From positions 1 through 46,467 of the forward strand of contig JYFJ02003097.1 in NCBI GenBank assembly GCA_000934665.2: a stretch of 46,467 nucleotides of DNA, read 5' to 3'. Of this stretch, positions 25,413 through 38,146 are shown piece by piece (within the stretch, counting starts at the first letter, position 1; the number at the start of each line of letters is the position of its first letter). Below the pieces are notes generated by a model. It was not told the origin of the DNA. It made no database searches and was given only the letters and a program-made list of their open reading frames with translations. A program made the position numbers and the translations under genes. The DNA comes from Catajapyx aquilonaris (Eukaryota).

Positions 25413-27551
25413 TTAACGCAACACCGTGGTGCAGGCCAGCAGTAAAAAGACAATGCTCCTTCCGCGCGTCGAAACGCGTCTGGCCGCGCTCTTCTCGAAG
25501 GTGTCATTCGTCCTACTTACTTCCCCAGTCGTGGGGACCGTCTTCTTTTTAACTTTGGCCAGTCCAATCCGTTTGTTTCCGGCGTCGAATGCGCAGTATA
25601 CCTCTTTGAAGAACGGTGATCCCAGCCTCCATTTCGGGTAATCAAACATTTGGTTCCTTCCTTGGAACAAGCCAACGCATCTGCCACCCACCTTTGAAGA
25701 ATAAAAAAGCCTGGAATTTATCATGTAACGGCTACACTGCAGGCGTTTAAACCGTTGCGGAACGAACGCGCATAATGAATCGGACTAAAGTGTCTGCCAG
25801 AAGTTTGATACATTTTGTCTTTTTTTAAAAAAAAGTCTGTTTCGTTGCGTTTTTTTCCGTCGCGTTTTGAACCCATAGTGTGGTAGGCTTACTTTCATGA
25901 TGTAATTCTCGCTGGTGATGCTGAAAGACACTTCGTTGAAGTGGAACGAGATCGGCGGCAGTGTGTTCATAGCATCGCAGTCAACCTGAGAAACATAGTT
26001 CCCACAACTCAGTGTCTGAAAAAAACTGCCAATTTTTTTAATATATTTACCTCGAAGACGCGCATATGGTTGTTCCATCTGGCTTTAATCACTTGTTGGT
26101 AAATGTAATCGATGTCGATTGGAGGTCCCAGGATGTGGTTGGTGCTGGTGTCGAACATTGCGTAACACCCTTTGGTGCACGCTACTGCTTTGTGGTCCTG
26201 ATGGGACGACACCAGGTCCATTCGAGCCTGCCAATATCTGTCCCCGTCATTGTTAACCCAGGTCATGGGATCGTAGAAGAGACCCGTGTCCACCTGGCCC
26301 AAGATCACCTCCGGTTCGTACCCCCACATGCTCCTGTAGCAAGGAAAAATGACTGTTCATACAACCTCTACATATAAACACTAATTGTGTCAACTCGAAC
26401 TGGTCATGAGCCGTACTTTGCACAGTAGAAAGAGAATACTGGTGGGGTCACGGACTTATGGAGCATGGAAAGGAAGACACCAGACCCACTTGCTGATTCA
26501 TCCTTGGGAAAGCTCATTCCCAATACGCCACTGAACTGGTATTTGGTCGATGAAAATTTTCCGGTGACGTCATTCACCTCCAGAAAAGTTGAATTCTCAT
26601 TATAATCTGCAATCTGGAGCGAATCGGATCAGAATATTTTAGTTGATTAGTTGTTCTATTAATAAACTTGCATATTAGAACTGTCAACAAAGGCTACTCA
26701 CGTAAATGGTGTCCTTGGACGTCACTCCCATCACTTTCCCTGACTGATACTTGACAGTAGCAGAAAACCTACCACCTGTTACATGAGTTGTGGAGCTTCT
26801 CCAGTTGTACTTATTATGCGAGTCTGAAAAGGTTGGGAAAGTGCAATCCACCCACCCACTGTAATAATAAAAATAAAAATTTACCCTCCTCTCAAGTACA
26901 GCGAACTTACCGCAGGGAGGTCCCTGGCAATCCTGAGAGAAGACCCAAGTGTCGGCTGATGCTGTATCAAAAACCACCTGGAAACTTTGGTAGTTGCTGC
27001 CTATGTGGATGTAACCGTAGTAGGGGGTCTGGAGACAGTATGAATGAATGCTTATTATTCAACAAGTCACTGACACGTACACTCCAATATATAACAGAAA
27101 AATATTAAACTTATTTGTAATACAAATGGTTATTTCATAATGTGCGGCAGATATTCACTTATCACCAAGAGTAACGATGGTTGCATTGCTTTTGGCTGCA
27201 TTTTTTTATATACTTATGCTGCTCCTAATGACACTTTTGTTACTTACGCCCTTTTCGGGCAGGAATTCGGACTAATATAGTCGAATGTGAAAGCTCACGT
27301 AATCAAAGTTCTCCATGTAGTCGACGCCCGCTATAAGGTCCGCTTCATCGTAAGGTTCTCCAGAACCGTAGGCACTCTCTATAGGCGTAGGCCTAATCTC
27401 AAGTAGTCCAATCCTTTAGAGGTAAAAGACGGAGAGAGCAGTTTCATTGTAGCAGATACAATCACTGACAGTGATTGGACAAAACAATGTACCTGTTAGA
27501 CATATCCTTGCCAGAAACCACAAGCACCAGCAGGAACACTCCAAGGATCAT
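25413..27551 (-). CDS. Divergent aspartic protease homologue D (DTA/DTS motifs, GPI-signal-like tail); probable pseudo-protease
   Basis: 8 exons in the same phases, ORF open. FDTASADTWV (motif at 26957-26968), flap YQSG, FSGVLGM, FDTSTNHILGP (motif at 26141-26152), WRLGS in place of WILGD; ~45-aa extension ending SIVFLLLACTTVLR*. Confidence 0.85.
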
Positions 27552-27949
27552 TCTGACTTTGCGATTATAGGAGCAATTATTATCCAGATGTTCAATATAT
27601 ATATTAGGACAGGGATATTTCTAACCGAACTATTGAAGACAATACGAGCGTGAAAGTGTCTTTTTGCGTATCATAGCAACCCACTTTTTGGAGCAACATC
27701 AAACAGTAGACAGCCTTTCTACATCTGACATGGAGCCATCGTGACACGCAGAAGAACTCAAGTGCAATAAATCAGGATAATAGTGTTTTAAACATTTCCT
27801 GCAATTAAAGTTGGAATTATGCCATTTTCTTATAGTCAAGCATGTGGGGCCTTGCCTTGAACAAGACGATGCAGTCTTCGAGGAATGAAGCGTCGAATTT
27901 ATCATGTCACGGCAATTATTCTGGTGTAAAAGTATATATGCTTGTCGTG

Positions 27950-29646
27950 TTACACTTTTGCAACCCACTTTTGGAACAGCATTAGTAGACACGTAACAAA
28001 TATGAGAGCAGCTGCATGAGAGGCGCTATTCGTGCTTCCTGATGAAGCCTTCGTGCTGTAGTATTCGTTGTTGACCGATCGTCCAATACCGATGCGTTTC
28101 TGGTCCATGTGGAATGCTACGTACTGGTAAGTGACAAACACGTCGCCCAGAATCCATCTCGGTCCTATGGGAGTGGGAAGCGTCACAGCCGACTGGAATG
28201 CACTCAGACAGAGCCTCTTGTCCTGCGTTTTAAACTCTCAATTAATACCGAAACAGCTCCTACAACCTCGCCTATACAACGCTTACCCTCAAAATGTAGT
28301 GTCTGCCAATAAGTGTGAAACTCACGCCGTCAAACACGAACGAAACGGGCGGCAGCGATTCTATCTTGTCACAATCCACCTGTTGAGTTGATGTCATTTA
28401 AGTGTTCACAAATAATGTACATTGATTGCTTACCAAGTAGGCTTCGGTTCTGGGGTCGTATTCAGCTTTAATTTTCTTGTTAATTGCGTGTACGTCCGTT
28501 TTGGATCCGATGATGAGGCTGATTCCGGTGTCGAACCTGACGTCGCATCCTCCTTTACAAGCCTGCTCTTCTCCGTCCACACGCAGGCTGTCCATACGCA
28601 CCTGCCAGTAACCTTCGTAGCTCACTGGCAACCAGGTTAAGTCGCCAGTGTACCTATCGGTTGCCAGCCTTCCAATCAGAAGCTCACCGCCAGGATCCTC
28701 CTGTGGGACCCTACAGGGTGAGTCAATCGGGTATGATTTTTTAAACGAGCGCAACCGAGCGCACTCGGTTAATGACAGTAAGTGCATCCACCTGCGTACC
28801 TGTTGAATGAGAACGAGAAAACAGGGTCTACAAGTACTCCTCGCAATACCATGGTCTTGAGCACTGGAGGAGCCTTGCTCTCCGCAAACTCTTCGAAGCC
28901 CAGTCCACATATTCCGTCAAACATGTCAAGGAATGAAGTTCCTCTAGTTGAAGTGATTGCAGCAAATGTTTGGCTTTTGGCCACCACGCCTTGCACCTGA
29001 AATTAAAATATGAAATGTAATTATTTATTATTGTGAGATTGACCTGTCGTTTCTCACCTCGACGTCGTCCTGAGTAAGTGATCCAGATACGGTGACAGGG
29101 TCCGATCCAGAATCGTATTTGATTTCAAATGGTATGTCGACCATAAGGTTAGTGGTGGAGTTTCTTGCGTCGTACTGATTGTGGCTACCTGCAATTAGGC
29201 AAAATCTGTCATGGAAAGTTAATATGTGTCAAAAAGAGGTTACTTACTGCATGCAATCTCTGGGGCGGCACATGTGGATGAGTAGACCCAGAGGTCGGAT
29301 GACCCGGTGGCGAATATGACATTGAACACCTGTGGAGGACTGCCTATACGTATGGGACCGACGTACTGACTCTGAAATGAACAAATAGACAGTGAAGTGA
29401 CAGCATACACTCGATCAGACGTAACTTGCATTTCTGTATTTCTCTGGAAGCATGATTGGCTTGGATGGTAGGCTGCGACCTTCAAGCACATCATCACGGT
29501 GCTTGACTCTCTGAAGAGGAACCCTTCCAATAATAACCTTATTATTGACAGTGTCCAGTGCGATAATGCAAGTGAGCGTACCTGATCAGCAGTGAGTTAC
29601 AAGAAGAGGCCAGCATGAGACAAATTATGGTCAGAGACTGCCACAT
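27950..29646 (-). CDS. Aspartic protease homologue E with first catalytic Asp replaced by Ala and a GPI/TM-like tail; pseudo-protease
   Basis: 8 exons, open if intron 2 uses a GC donor at 29429-29428. [11 protein letters not shown] (GCC ACC GGG, 29311-29303), flap [25 protein letters not shown]; tail ...[32 protein letters not shown]. Confidence 0.87.
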
Positions 29647-29898
29647 TTTACTATCACTGATGGACATAATTATTTTTCTTTCGTGGAGCGATTGTTGACA
29701 TTATTTCATTTCCATCGTTTCGTATATTGATAGGGAGATACAAGGTTGCCATAATTATGACTTTATAGCTCAGACCCCCACAGAGAGCGGTATGAGGATT
29801 TGAAGTGAAAATTACACAACACATATATCCTAACATGTTTGTTTTATTGCAAATATTTCACTACAAGGTTGAGATAATTTCTATTTGAGAAAATAATG

Positions 29899-31563
29899 CT
29901 AATGTAGCAAAAGTATTATTAACAAGCCAAGAGAAAAATGTATGAACTTAGGCGAAGTCCTGCTTCCTAAAGAATAGTGGTTGACTGACTTGGCAATTCC
30001 AACCCTGTTTTGTCCCATGTCAAAGATGCAATAATACGGACCAATGAAGACATCTCCAAGAATCCATTTCGGACCGAACTGCGTGTCCATAGGTTGAAAG
30101 CCAGAGACGCAATATCCGTTCATCTGCAAACGTGCGAAATTAAGAGTCAAATCTGCTGTAAAATTTGAGTCCTACTTACTTTCACAATGTAGTCCTGACT
30201 TGTCAGATGAAATTCTGTGTCACCGAAAACCAACGATATTGTAGGCAGTGAGGCGACACTTTTGCAGTTTACCTGCAGAACAAAAGTGTCAAAAACATGT
30301 ACTGTGTTGTACAGGGGTGTTAGAATACCAAGTATAACTGGTAGCGACGATCGAACTTTGCTTTCAGAAGAGAGTTAATGTTTGCCACATCCTTGGATGG
30401 CCCTGATATCAGGCTGGTCCCAGTGTCGATTATAACTTCACACCCAGAGATGCAGGCATACTTATTGTTTTCCAAGACTATGCTGTCCATATGAACTTGC
30501 CAATAACTCATATCGGTCACAGACAACCATGTGATGTTCCCTGTGTAGTAATCTGGATCTGATCCACCCAAAATCAGCTCACCTCCAGGTTTCTGATCCT
30601 CCCTCCTATACACATTGAGATACAGCTCGTATAAGCATGATTGTCCACAATAATAATATTTTTTCTGATAACCCTTACCTGCTAAGATAAAAGGAGAAAA
30701 CGGGCTCTTCAACAAGAGTTTGTTTCATCATGGAGACAAAAACAGGCGGATATCCACTGGCTGCAAGACTCTGGTAGGCCATCCCTAATATTCCGTCAAA
30801 CATTGCGGTTTCAAACAAGTTTCCTTCAGTGTATGTAATTTCTCCGAAGCCTTGATGAAATGTAATTATTCCTGCCAGCTGCATAAATAAATAAAGGTCT
30901 CATTTGATAATCTGAAAGTTAACAATGGCGAATACATACATTCACGATATCCATGGATAAGAATCCGTAAACTTGTCCTGAACCATACTTGATGGATATT
31001 GGTCGCCCATTTCCAGTGTATGTGGCAGATTTGGATGAGTTGTATGTACGGTGCTTTACTGAAAATATGACAATGCTTCATTTGAATATTTCTCGGTCTA
31101 TTTAAGTACAACTACCGCATGCAAATTCCGTACACGTAGAAGAATATACCCACAAGTCAGAAGATCCGGTGTCGAAAATCACTTGAAACTCTTGCAAAGG
31201 GTCGCCAATGCTGATGAGTCCCATGTATTGCGCCTGAAAATCACGGGATGTAAGTACAATTACCACGCATAATATACTAATGTTTCAATATACATTATAG
31301 TAGTTGTGAAGTAGAATAGCTGGCGTATCTCTAAGGTGGTCGCTTGTATTAGTATAATCCTTCAGAGACTGACCATTTTCGATTGCAATTTCGGCCACAG
31401 ACTTGAATTTTTTGAGCGGAATTCTGCATATATAAAAAAATGAAAACACATTTTGCTTTAGGTTGGTTAATAGTCATATTGGGAATAAACTGTGACTGTA
31501 CCTGACCAATGCATTACATGACATGCAGAGCATAATCGCGGTAATCAATGTTGCAAACAGCAT
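29899..31563 (-). CDS. Cathepsin D-like aspartic protease F (DTG/DTG intact) with GPI-signal-like C-terminus
   Basis: 8 exons. Signal peptide, [52 protein letters not shown]; tail [29 protein letters not shown]. Confidence 0.92.
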
Positions 31564-32629
31564 GTTTTGTTCGTGACTGCTGCAGTTCCACTGTCACTAC
31601 ACGCCTACCTTAAGTATATGTGGAGTACTTCCTATCTTCCATGATAAAGTGACAGATTAGATTACTTTAGTAGCTCATATTATGCATGTCATCGTCATTT
31701 ATTTATCTACTGTAAGTATAATTTTCCAATTAAAAAAAAATCCTTCCTTAGTTTCAACCTATTACAGTATATACCGAGATGTGTAGCAAACAGTCATCCA
31801 GACAATGAAAGTGTGGCAAGCTGGATTTGAGCAAAAAAGTCATTTATTATTAATATTGTAAAATATTTTCCCGTCTGAGAGGAAGTTATTTTTATGATTT
31901 AAACGGCATTACAGGGTCCATGATAAATGTGAAAAATCTGTAATAAAGAAGTGTAATAAAGGAATGATTAGTTATTGGTAACACAGAGGTGATCCAAAAT
32001 ACTTGTCCGATTTCTGTTGCGATTTTAGCAACTATTTCAGCACTGAACTGCAATGAATTTCCCATAGTAAAAGTGGAACAATTAGCATAGAAAGTCAGTT
32101 AAAATTTAGTGTAGAATTTCTCAGAGGCAACCTTAGCATTTACCAACATTGTACCCAGGCATTTGACCATAGAGATAAGCAAATCCGGAGTGGGGTGGGT
32201 GTGGGGGTCCCCCCACCCAACCCCCCATCACCCCGAGCCAGCCCTGTGTGCAGCCAGGTACTCCCTGGTGCAGCTCTCCCTCTTTTCACCTTGATCACCA
32301 AAGAAGACGGACGTGCCAGGTCTGCAGACAACTGCAGTACGAGTACAGGTACGTGCACACCATTTAGATGGGGGTTACTTGCGAAGGCTGTGGACTACAA
32401 AAGCACAATTCAGATTCATTCATTTAGCCACGAAAATGTCCGAAGTTATACAGGCAGACACTTATTCATTTTTTAAAGTGCAAAGCAATATTTTAATTAA
32501 CTCCATTTGCAGGGGATAATGAGGCACTGTCAGCGATGCAGTACTAAGTGGACCGAAGATTGATGTCTCGTCCTCAGTCAAGTGGGGTCAAGTTGGACAT
32601 CGGGTTAAGCCACGCACACCTAGCACTAG

Positions 32630-35600
32630 ACAGGCCTGGAGTGCATAAATGGTGAGTACAGCAGCGATTAAAAATCCGTCATTTACAGGTTTACATCACG
32701 CAGCAATTAAGGGTCGGTTGTACCAGGTCAGATAATATCGGATTCTTGCCTACTCATATCTGTATTTGGCACGAAAAACATTGCCTTAAGCTGTCAAATA
32801 ATTTGGTCAGGCAAGAATCTGAGTTAACAGACATGGTGCAGCAAGAACAGTATAAGGAGAAAAAAAAAACGCAATTGCAATGGGCAGTAAAACCAATAAT
32901 TGGCGACTAGCTCCATTAGAAATACTGGATTAATTTGTGCAATAAAATGGGGCTGGACGAATAACACTTGACCTTGGCTCATTGAAATGCAGCAGGGATG
33001 CCATTGAGTAGCATAACTGCATATTGGCCTGTTAAATGCCACAAAATGGAATTAAATGTTAATGTAAAGATGTTTAAAAAAGTGCAATCTTGACTATACC
33101 GAATGAGATGACTTCCTAGCACTCAACAGTCAAATTGCCTCAGTCATGCCTAGTGCCCACAATGTTATGGGAATTAAAAGAAAAACCACTAGAAAATTGC
33201 GATTAAATTGCCAAATTTGCTTTGACCTTGTGCTACCCCTGATGCAACTAAGTAGGGCCATTTTGCGACAAAGACTATCACCGACATGCAATGGCGGCGG
33301 TTGGTAAATTTGCATTGTTACCTGGCTGAATTGTTGGCCATTTATAGAACATCAGCCCTATATATTGCCATATTTTACCAAATTTAATTCCCTTCAAAAT
33401 GCTTGTTTGCAAATAGCAAAATTTCATATTTAATGCAATAGTGTTAGTTTCTTGGATCCATTCAAATTTCAAACACCAGGCATTGTAATGGGACCTTTTA
33501 TAGCACTAATTGTCTGTCTGGGGACATTAAAGTTGAATCGATTGTTGGATCATGGGCAAGAGTTGAACATAGGACAGTTGTGCTGTCTTCTGCAGACATT
33601 CATAATAATTTATGAAATTTTTATATAATTATTAGGCTATATCAAAATTTGTACTTGAGTAATTGTGGTTTGACATGCGTTATTTTACTAAATGCTTTCT
33701 TTTATGCAGGTGCAGCCTTGAGATTAAGGTCTGACACGTCTACATTAACATACTCTGCCTCCTTCACAGCCCTAAGCAAGCATCACCAGCATCCTCTACA
33801 ATGACTACATGATCATTGGTCTTTCATCGCATCATCCAGCATCTCGATGGTCTTCGGACACAACCATGATCTGGTGAGCATTTCTCTTGATTATTTTGCA
33901 CTGCATAAGCCATGGTGACATGAAACGTAGCAGCTGAATCTGAACTTGAGTGAGGGCAACAAGGGATGGGTTTCAAAAATTCTCGACTGTTCATAAAATG
34001 AAGCACTGAAGTCACAAGCCTTTTGGGGTAGTTGTTGGAGTCATGCTGTGTATGTAAAGTCAGCAGTAATAGTGTGAGTCTGAATACTGAATATTAAGGG
34101 TAATATACTAAATAATATTCTGGATCGATGCAGCTCATCGAGGTGCTGTTGCATTAGGGTCATTCCTTTTTCTCAAGCGAACATTGCTCATTTTTATACA
34201 GTAATGAGCTGACAACGTAATATATAGTTCAAAAAGATGGCTAATATTTTGCTATGAAACCAAATGCAAAATTGTTGTATTTGAAGACCAACTTGATAAT
34301 ATAAGCAATATTACATGAAGGTGCAGCCTACCTTTGCTCGAGTGCTGTAAATAGAAAATAATTTGCATTTTTCCTGAGAACATATTTGGAGGTGTGGAAT
34401 ATCCCCTTTAGTTGATAAGAAATTGTGCTTTTTACTGCTATAGTTTATTAGTAACTTGTAGCCTGACTTTTATCTCGCACAATCCGCCATTTGCAGAAGC
34501 AGCCTCAAACATCTGTGCTGCTCTGGAGACGTGACTACCTGCTGCGATGGACAACTCGTTTGGCTGAGACTCCAACAACCGACATGGTCATCTCATTTCA
34601 TCGCCTGCCCCCAGCGCAATTATGGTTCTTGGGAGTGACTTCTGATGCCAACACTGCCGCACTTATTGGTGAGTTCTATTCTCTTGCTTTCATTTATTGG
34701 TGCTGCGTCATCGTGTCTTGATTGGAAATAGGATAATCCACGTACAGTTTGAGTTGAAGGATCGAAATGTGAAGGCAACTTAGAAGTGAATTATTATCTA
34801 TGTCAGGTTCATTCAAACATAGGCCTGCAATCTGATTAGTGTTTGGTGGCTGCATCACTTTAGGCGGAATCACTGCTGCAAACTCGCCCTAGACATTCAG
34901 AGCACTTGTGTGAGGCTTGTCTAGTGGGCTGCAGAGACATTTGACTAATTTCAGTGCAAAATAGGGCATTAATATTTGAGACCCAGTCCAAGGGTACATG
35001 TGATGAAGGCTTCTAGACATTAAATGTGAATTGCTGTGGTGGTTCCGAATGATTAACTTTTGCATTAAAATGAATGGAAGCCTAGTTATCAACAGGTGCT
35101 TAAAATTGAAATGAATCAAATAAGGTCAGTTGAAATGGGATATTCAGTTTGAGGGTTGCTCTCGTCAAAAACATGTGCCTCGAATACTGTAATCTATTTT
35201 GACATTTGACAATCGAAAGTTAATTCTTATGCTTTGACAAGCCACCTGTAATTTGTTCACGTGTGTATACCACCCTTGAAAAATGTCCTGGCAGTGCTAA
35301 TTTGTAAAAAAAAAAAAGTTGCACTGGAAACTTAAATCTGGCAGATGGAAACTATTAGTGGAGTAGCATTGGTATAGCCTTCTCACAAAATGTAGTGGTG
35401 GTTGTTGTGTATTCATTGCAAAGCATACTTAGCCACTTGATTGAACATGTGAGGAAATGGTTACATGGCAAGTTAACGAGCATTGTGACATTTATGGTTA
35501 TGTTTTACTCCAAGGCTTAATTTCGCGATGAATATGCACGTACTGTGCATTTGTCTTTCAGTTAAGTCTTCCCTTCAATTTTCTCTCGTAATTGCACTAT

Positions 35601-37850
35601 AACCTGCTTATTATTTAGCAGTGTCTTTTTAGTGGCTATTTAAATCGCTTCCCAATATAATCAGGGCACCACTGCACTTTCCCAAGTGAGGTTCACCTAG
35701 CATGAAAATCACCTGCATGCTCATCTTATATGAATTAGTAGAAAATGAATCATGTTTTAATAACACCTTGTGGCCCCAACATCTCTTCCATATGCTTCAT
35801 TAGAATGTAAGTTGTATGATTATAACACTTGTTATTAGAATTTAAGTATCGATAGGAGACTAGATTACATTATTTATAATTCAAGTTGTATGGTATAGCA
35901 TTTATTAGAATTAAGTATAGTAGACTATAGATAACATTAGGATTAGATTATAACTGGTGTAATATATTGTAACATTTGTTATAATGTAATTTATATTCTA
36001 ATGAGGCATATGGAAGAGATGTTGGGCCCTATACAAGTGTGTTAAAACATGATTCATTTTCTACTAATTCATATTTGTGACAGACATGCGGGTGATATTA
36101 GACTAGGTGCCCTGATTATATTGGGAAGAGAGAATAGCCACTCAAGATACTGCTAAATAATACGCAGATTAGTTATGAAAAATGCAATTGAAGGTAAGAC
36201 TTTACTAAAAGACATGCACAGTGCGTGCATTTTCATCGCGAAATTGAGCCTTATTGGAGTAACACACAACCATAAGTGTCACAGTGACCTTGCCATTGCT
36301 AGTTAACTTGCAAACCTCGCAGGTTCAATCAAGTGTCGCATGCTTCGCAGTGAAAATGTCGTAGCCCCATAGCGAAATTGGGCACTTCATGAAATGTCGA
36401 CTGATATTGGACACATGCTGTAGTGCAATCTCCCGTGAAGAATTACAGCATATTATGCCCAGTAATATTGGGACTGTTCGCAAAGTGTCAGCAACGGGTT
36501 GGACTGATTCTGTAATTCAGAATCTAGATCCACTGTACACATGAGCAGCTGAGCAAAACCAGAAGGTGTGGAGGGCATCAGGAGATGCAGATGAGTGCCT
36601 CTCCATACCATACCTTGGCTCAAGAGTCAGGACCAACTCCTGGACTTCCAGACATTCCCTCCAGGTCATGCTTTGCATCTCCTGATGCCCTCCACACATT
36701 CTGGTTTTGCTCTGCCATTGGGCAAGTATAGTGGGATGTGGCCTAGAAAAAAGGTTGTAAATTTATGCCTGACATGCAAAGGGTCATTACTAAAATGTAA
36801 TGCTGGATAATAGGCTTAATGGTGTTAAATGTGGAAGAAGATTAGTCATGTAATTTACAATGCACTGTCCAAATCTGCAGTAAAACAGTGAAGCTCATAG
36901 TCACTCCCTTCAGAGAATTGAATGGTATTAAGGCAACTCGTATTCCCAGCTGTGGCAGTCATTATCATCAGTACTGTTGATCGCCCATAGCTGTTTGTGA
37001 TAGCAAGTGTCATGCATAGTGTAGACGAATATTGGTCGTTTGGAACTTTTCTAATTGCTTATGTACTGTCATTTCATGTTTCTATCGCACGACTTGGCAC
37101 TTGAGTGTATATTTGGTCTTGCATAACAATAATTGATTACACATGTTAACTGTTTCACCTGATTTGATTTACATTATTGCATCTCTGTTGCTTTCAGATT
37201 TCTTTCGCCCAGAGGAAGAGCAGCAGTGGTTACCAGAGGATGATGCCCATAACGAGATGTTGCTGTAGGTCAGTATCATTAGGATCAAGGTCTCAATGCA
37301 GTTGCGTGGATTTGAGTGTTTGCTCCTGTGCAATGTTGGCTATAGTGAGAGAATAACCTGACAGCAATAAAATGACTATTCTGAATGTATCTGCTTTCTA
37401 TTGGGAAATGAGAGGTAACCTTTTTGTGTTGCGCGCCAATTCTTTGCAGGTGGAATTGCTCATTGCCTTTACAGCATTTCCACTTAATCAGTTATGCTAC
37501 AGATGTCTTCAACTTGGCCGTTATCAGCTTTGGCATTGCTGTCGATGAAAATGGACGAGATCATGTAAATTAATATATTTTTTGGTGTTGTATGTGGCTG
37601 GGAAATATCCAATGACAGGGTGCTAAAATTTGCTTAATTTCTGTGCACAGGAAGCAATAAGTTCGCTTGCCATGTAATTGCATTGACCATTTCCTATTAT
37701 GTTTTCGAATTAATTTTTTTTTCTCTTTTCAGGTCAAGTAATTTGCAGCCTGCTGCTGAGATGGTGCCAGTCATCAGCAGCATCCTTTCCCACCCTAAAA
37801 ATCTTCCAATTTTTGGCATCATGTGCTAACACTTCTTGGCACATGGTGTT
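32630..37850 (+). ncRNA. Possible spliced lncRNA or microprotein gene
   Basis: Candidate donor ATG|GTGAGT (~32651), exon 34497-34668 (ttgcag...G|GTGAGT), exon from 37198 (ctttcag), acceptors at ~33709, ~37449 and ~37732; no recognisable domain. Confidence 0.25.
35410..36355. repeat. ~950-bp imperfect inverted repeat (arms ~400 bp, AT-rich spacer)
   Basis: For example CCCAACATCTCTTCCATATGC / GCATATGGAAGAGATGTTGGG, TGAATTAGTAGAAAATGAATCATGTTTTAA and its inverse, CCCAATATAATCAGGGCACC and its inverse, CACTTGATTGAAC / GTTCAATCAAGTG. Confidence 0.88.
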
Positions 37851-38146
37851 GAAGAGAGGAAGATTTACCGCCTGCATTTTTAGGCTCCCCCCTTCGACGT
37901 CATGTGCCAAGTGCATGACGTCGAAGGGGGGGGGAAACTTGCNGGGGGGGGGGGAAACTTGCAGGCTGAAAAATCGTAGTTTTAGTCGTCGAAAAAAAGG
38001 CCGGGGTCGTCCGGGCGTAATTTCGGGCGGCCCCGGCCGCCCTGCATTCGCAAAGTCCGCTGTCGCGGAGCCTATCTTGTTAGCTCCTCCCCTTTATTCC
38101 AGTAAACTTTTTTCAGAGGCCAGTGATAGTCTCATTCGTTCACTTC

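Noticed and set aside
27677..27980. Short repeat CAACCCACTTTT.GG at ~27678 and ~27961
   Set aside because: Only ~15-18 bp; no larger structure seen.
37925..37965. Duplicated G-run plus AAACTTGC, and ORF 37813-38172
   Set aside because: The duplication straddles an N at 37943 and is probably a contig-join artefact; the ORF is low-complexity.
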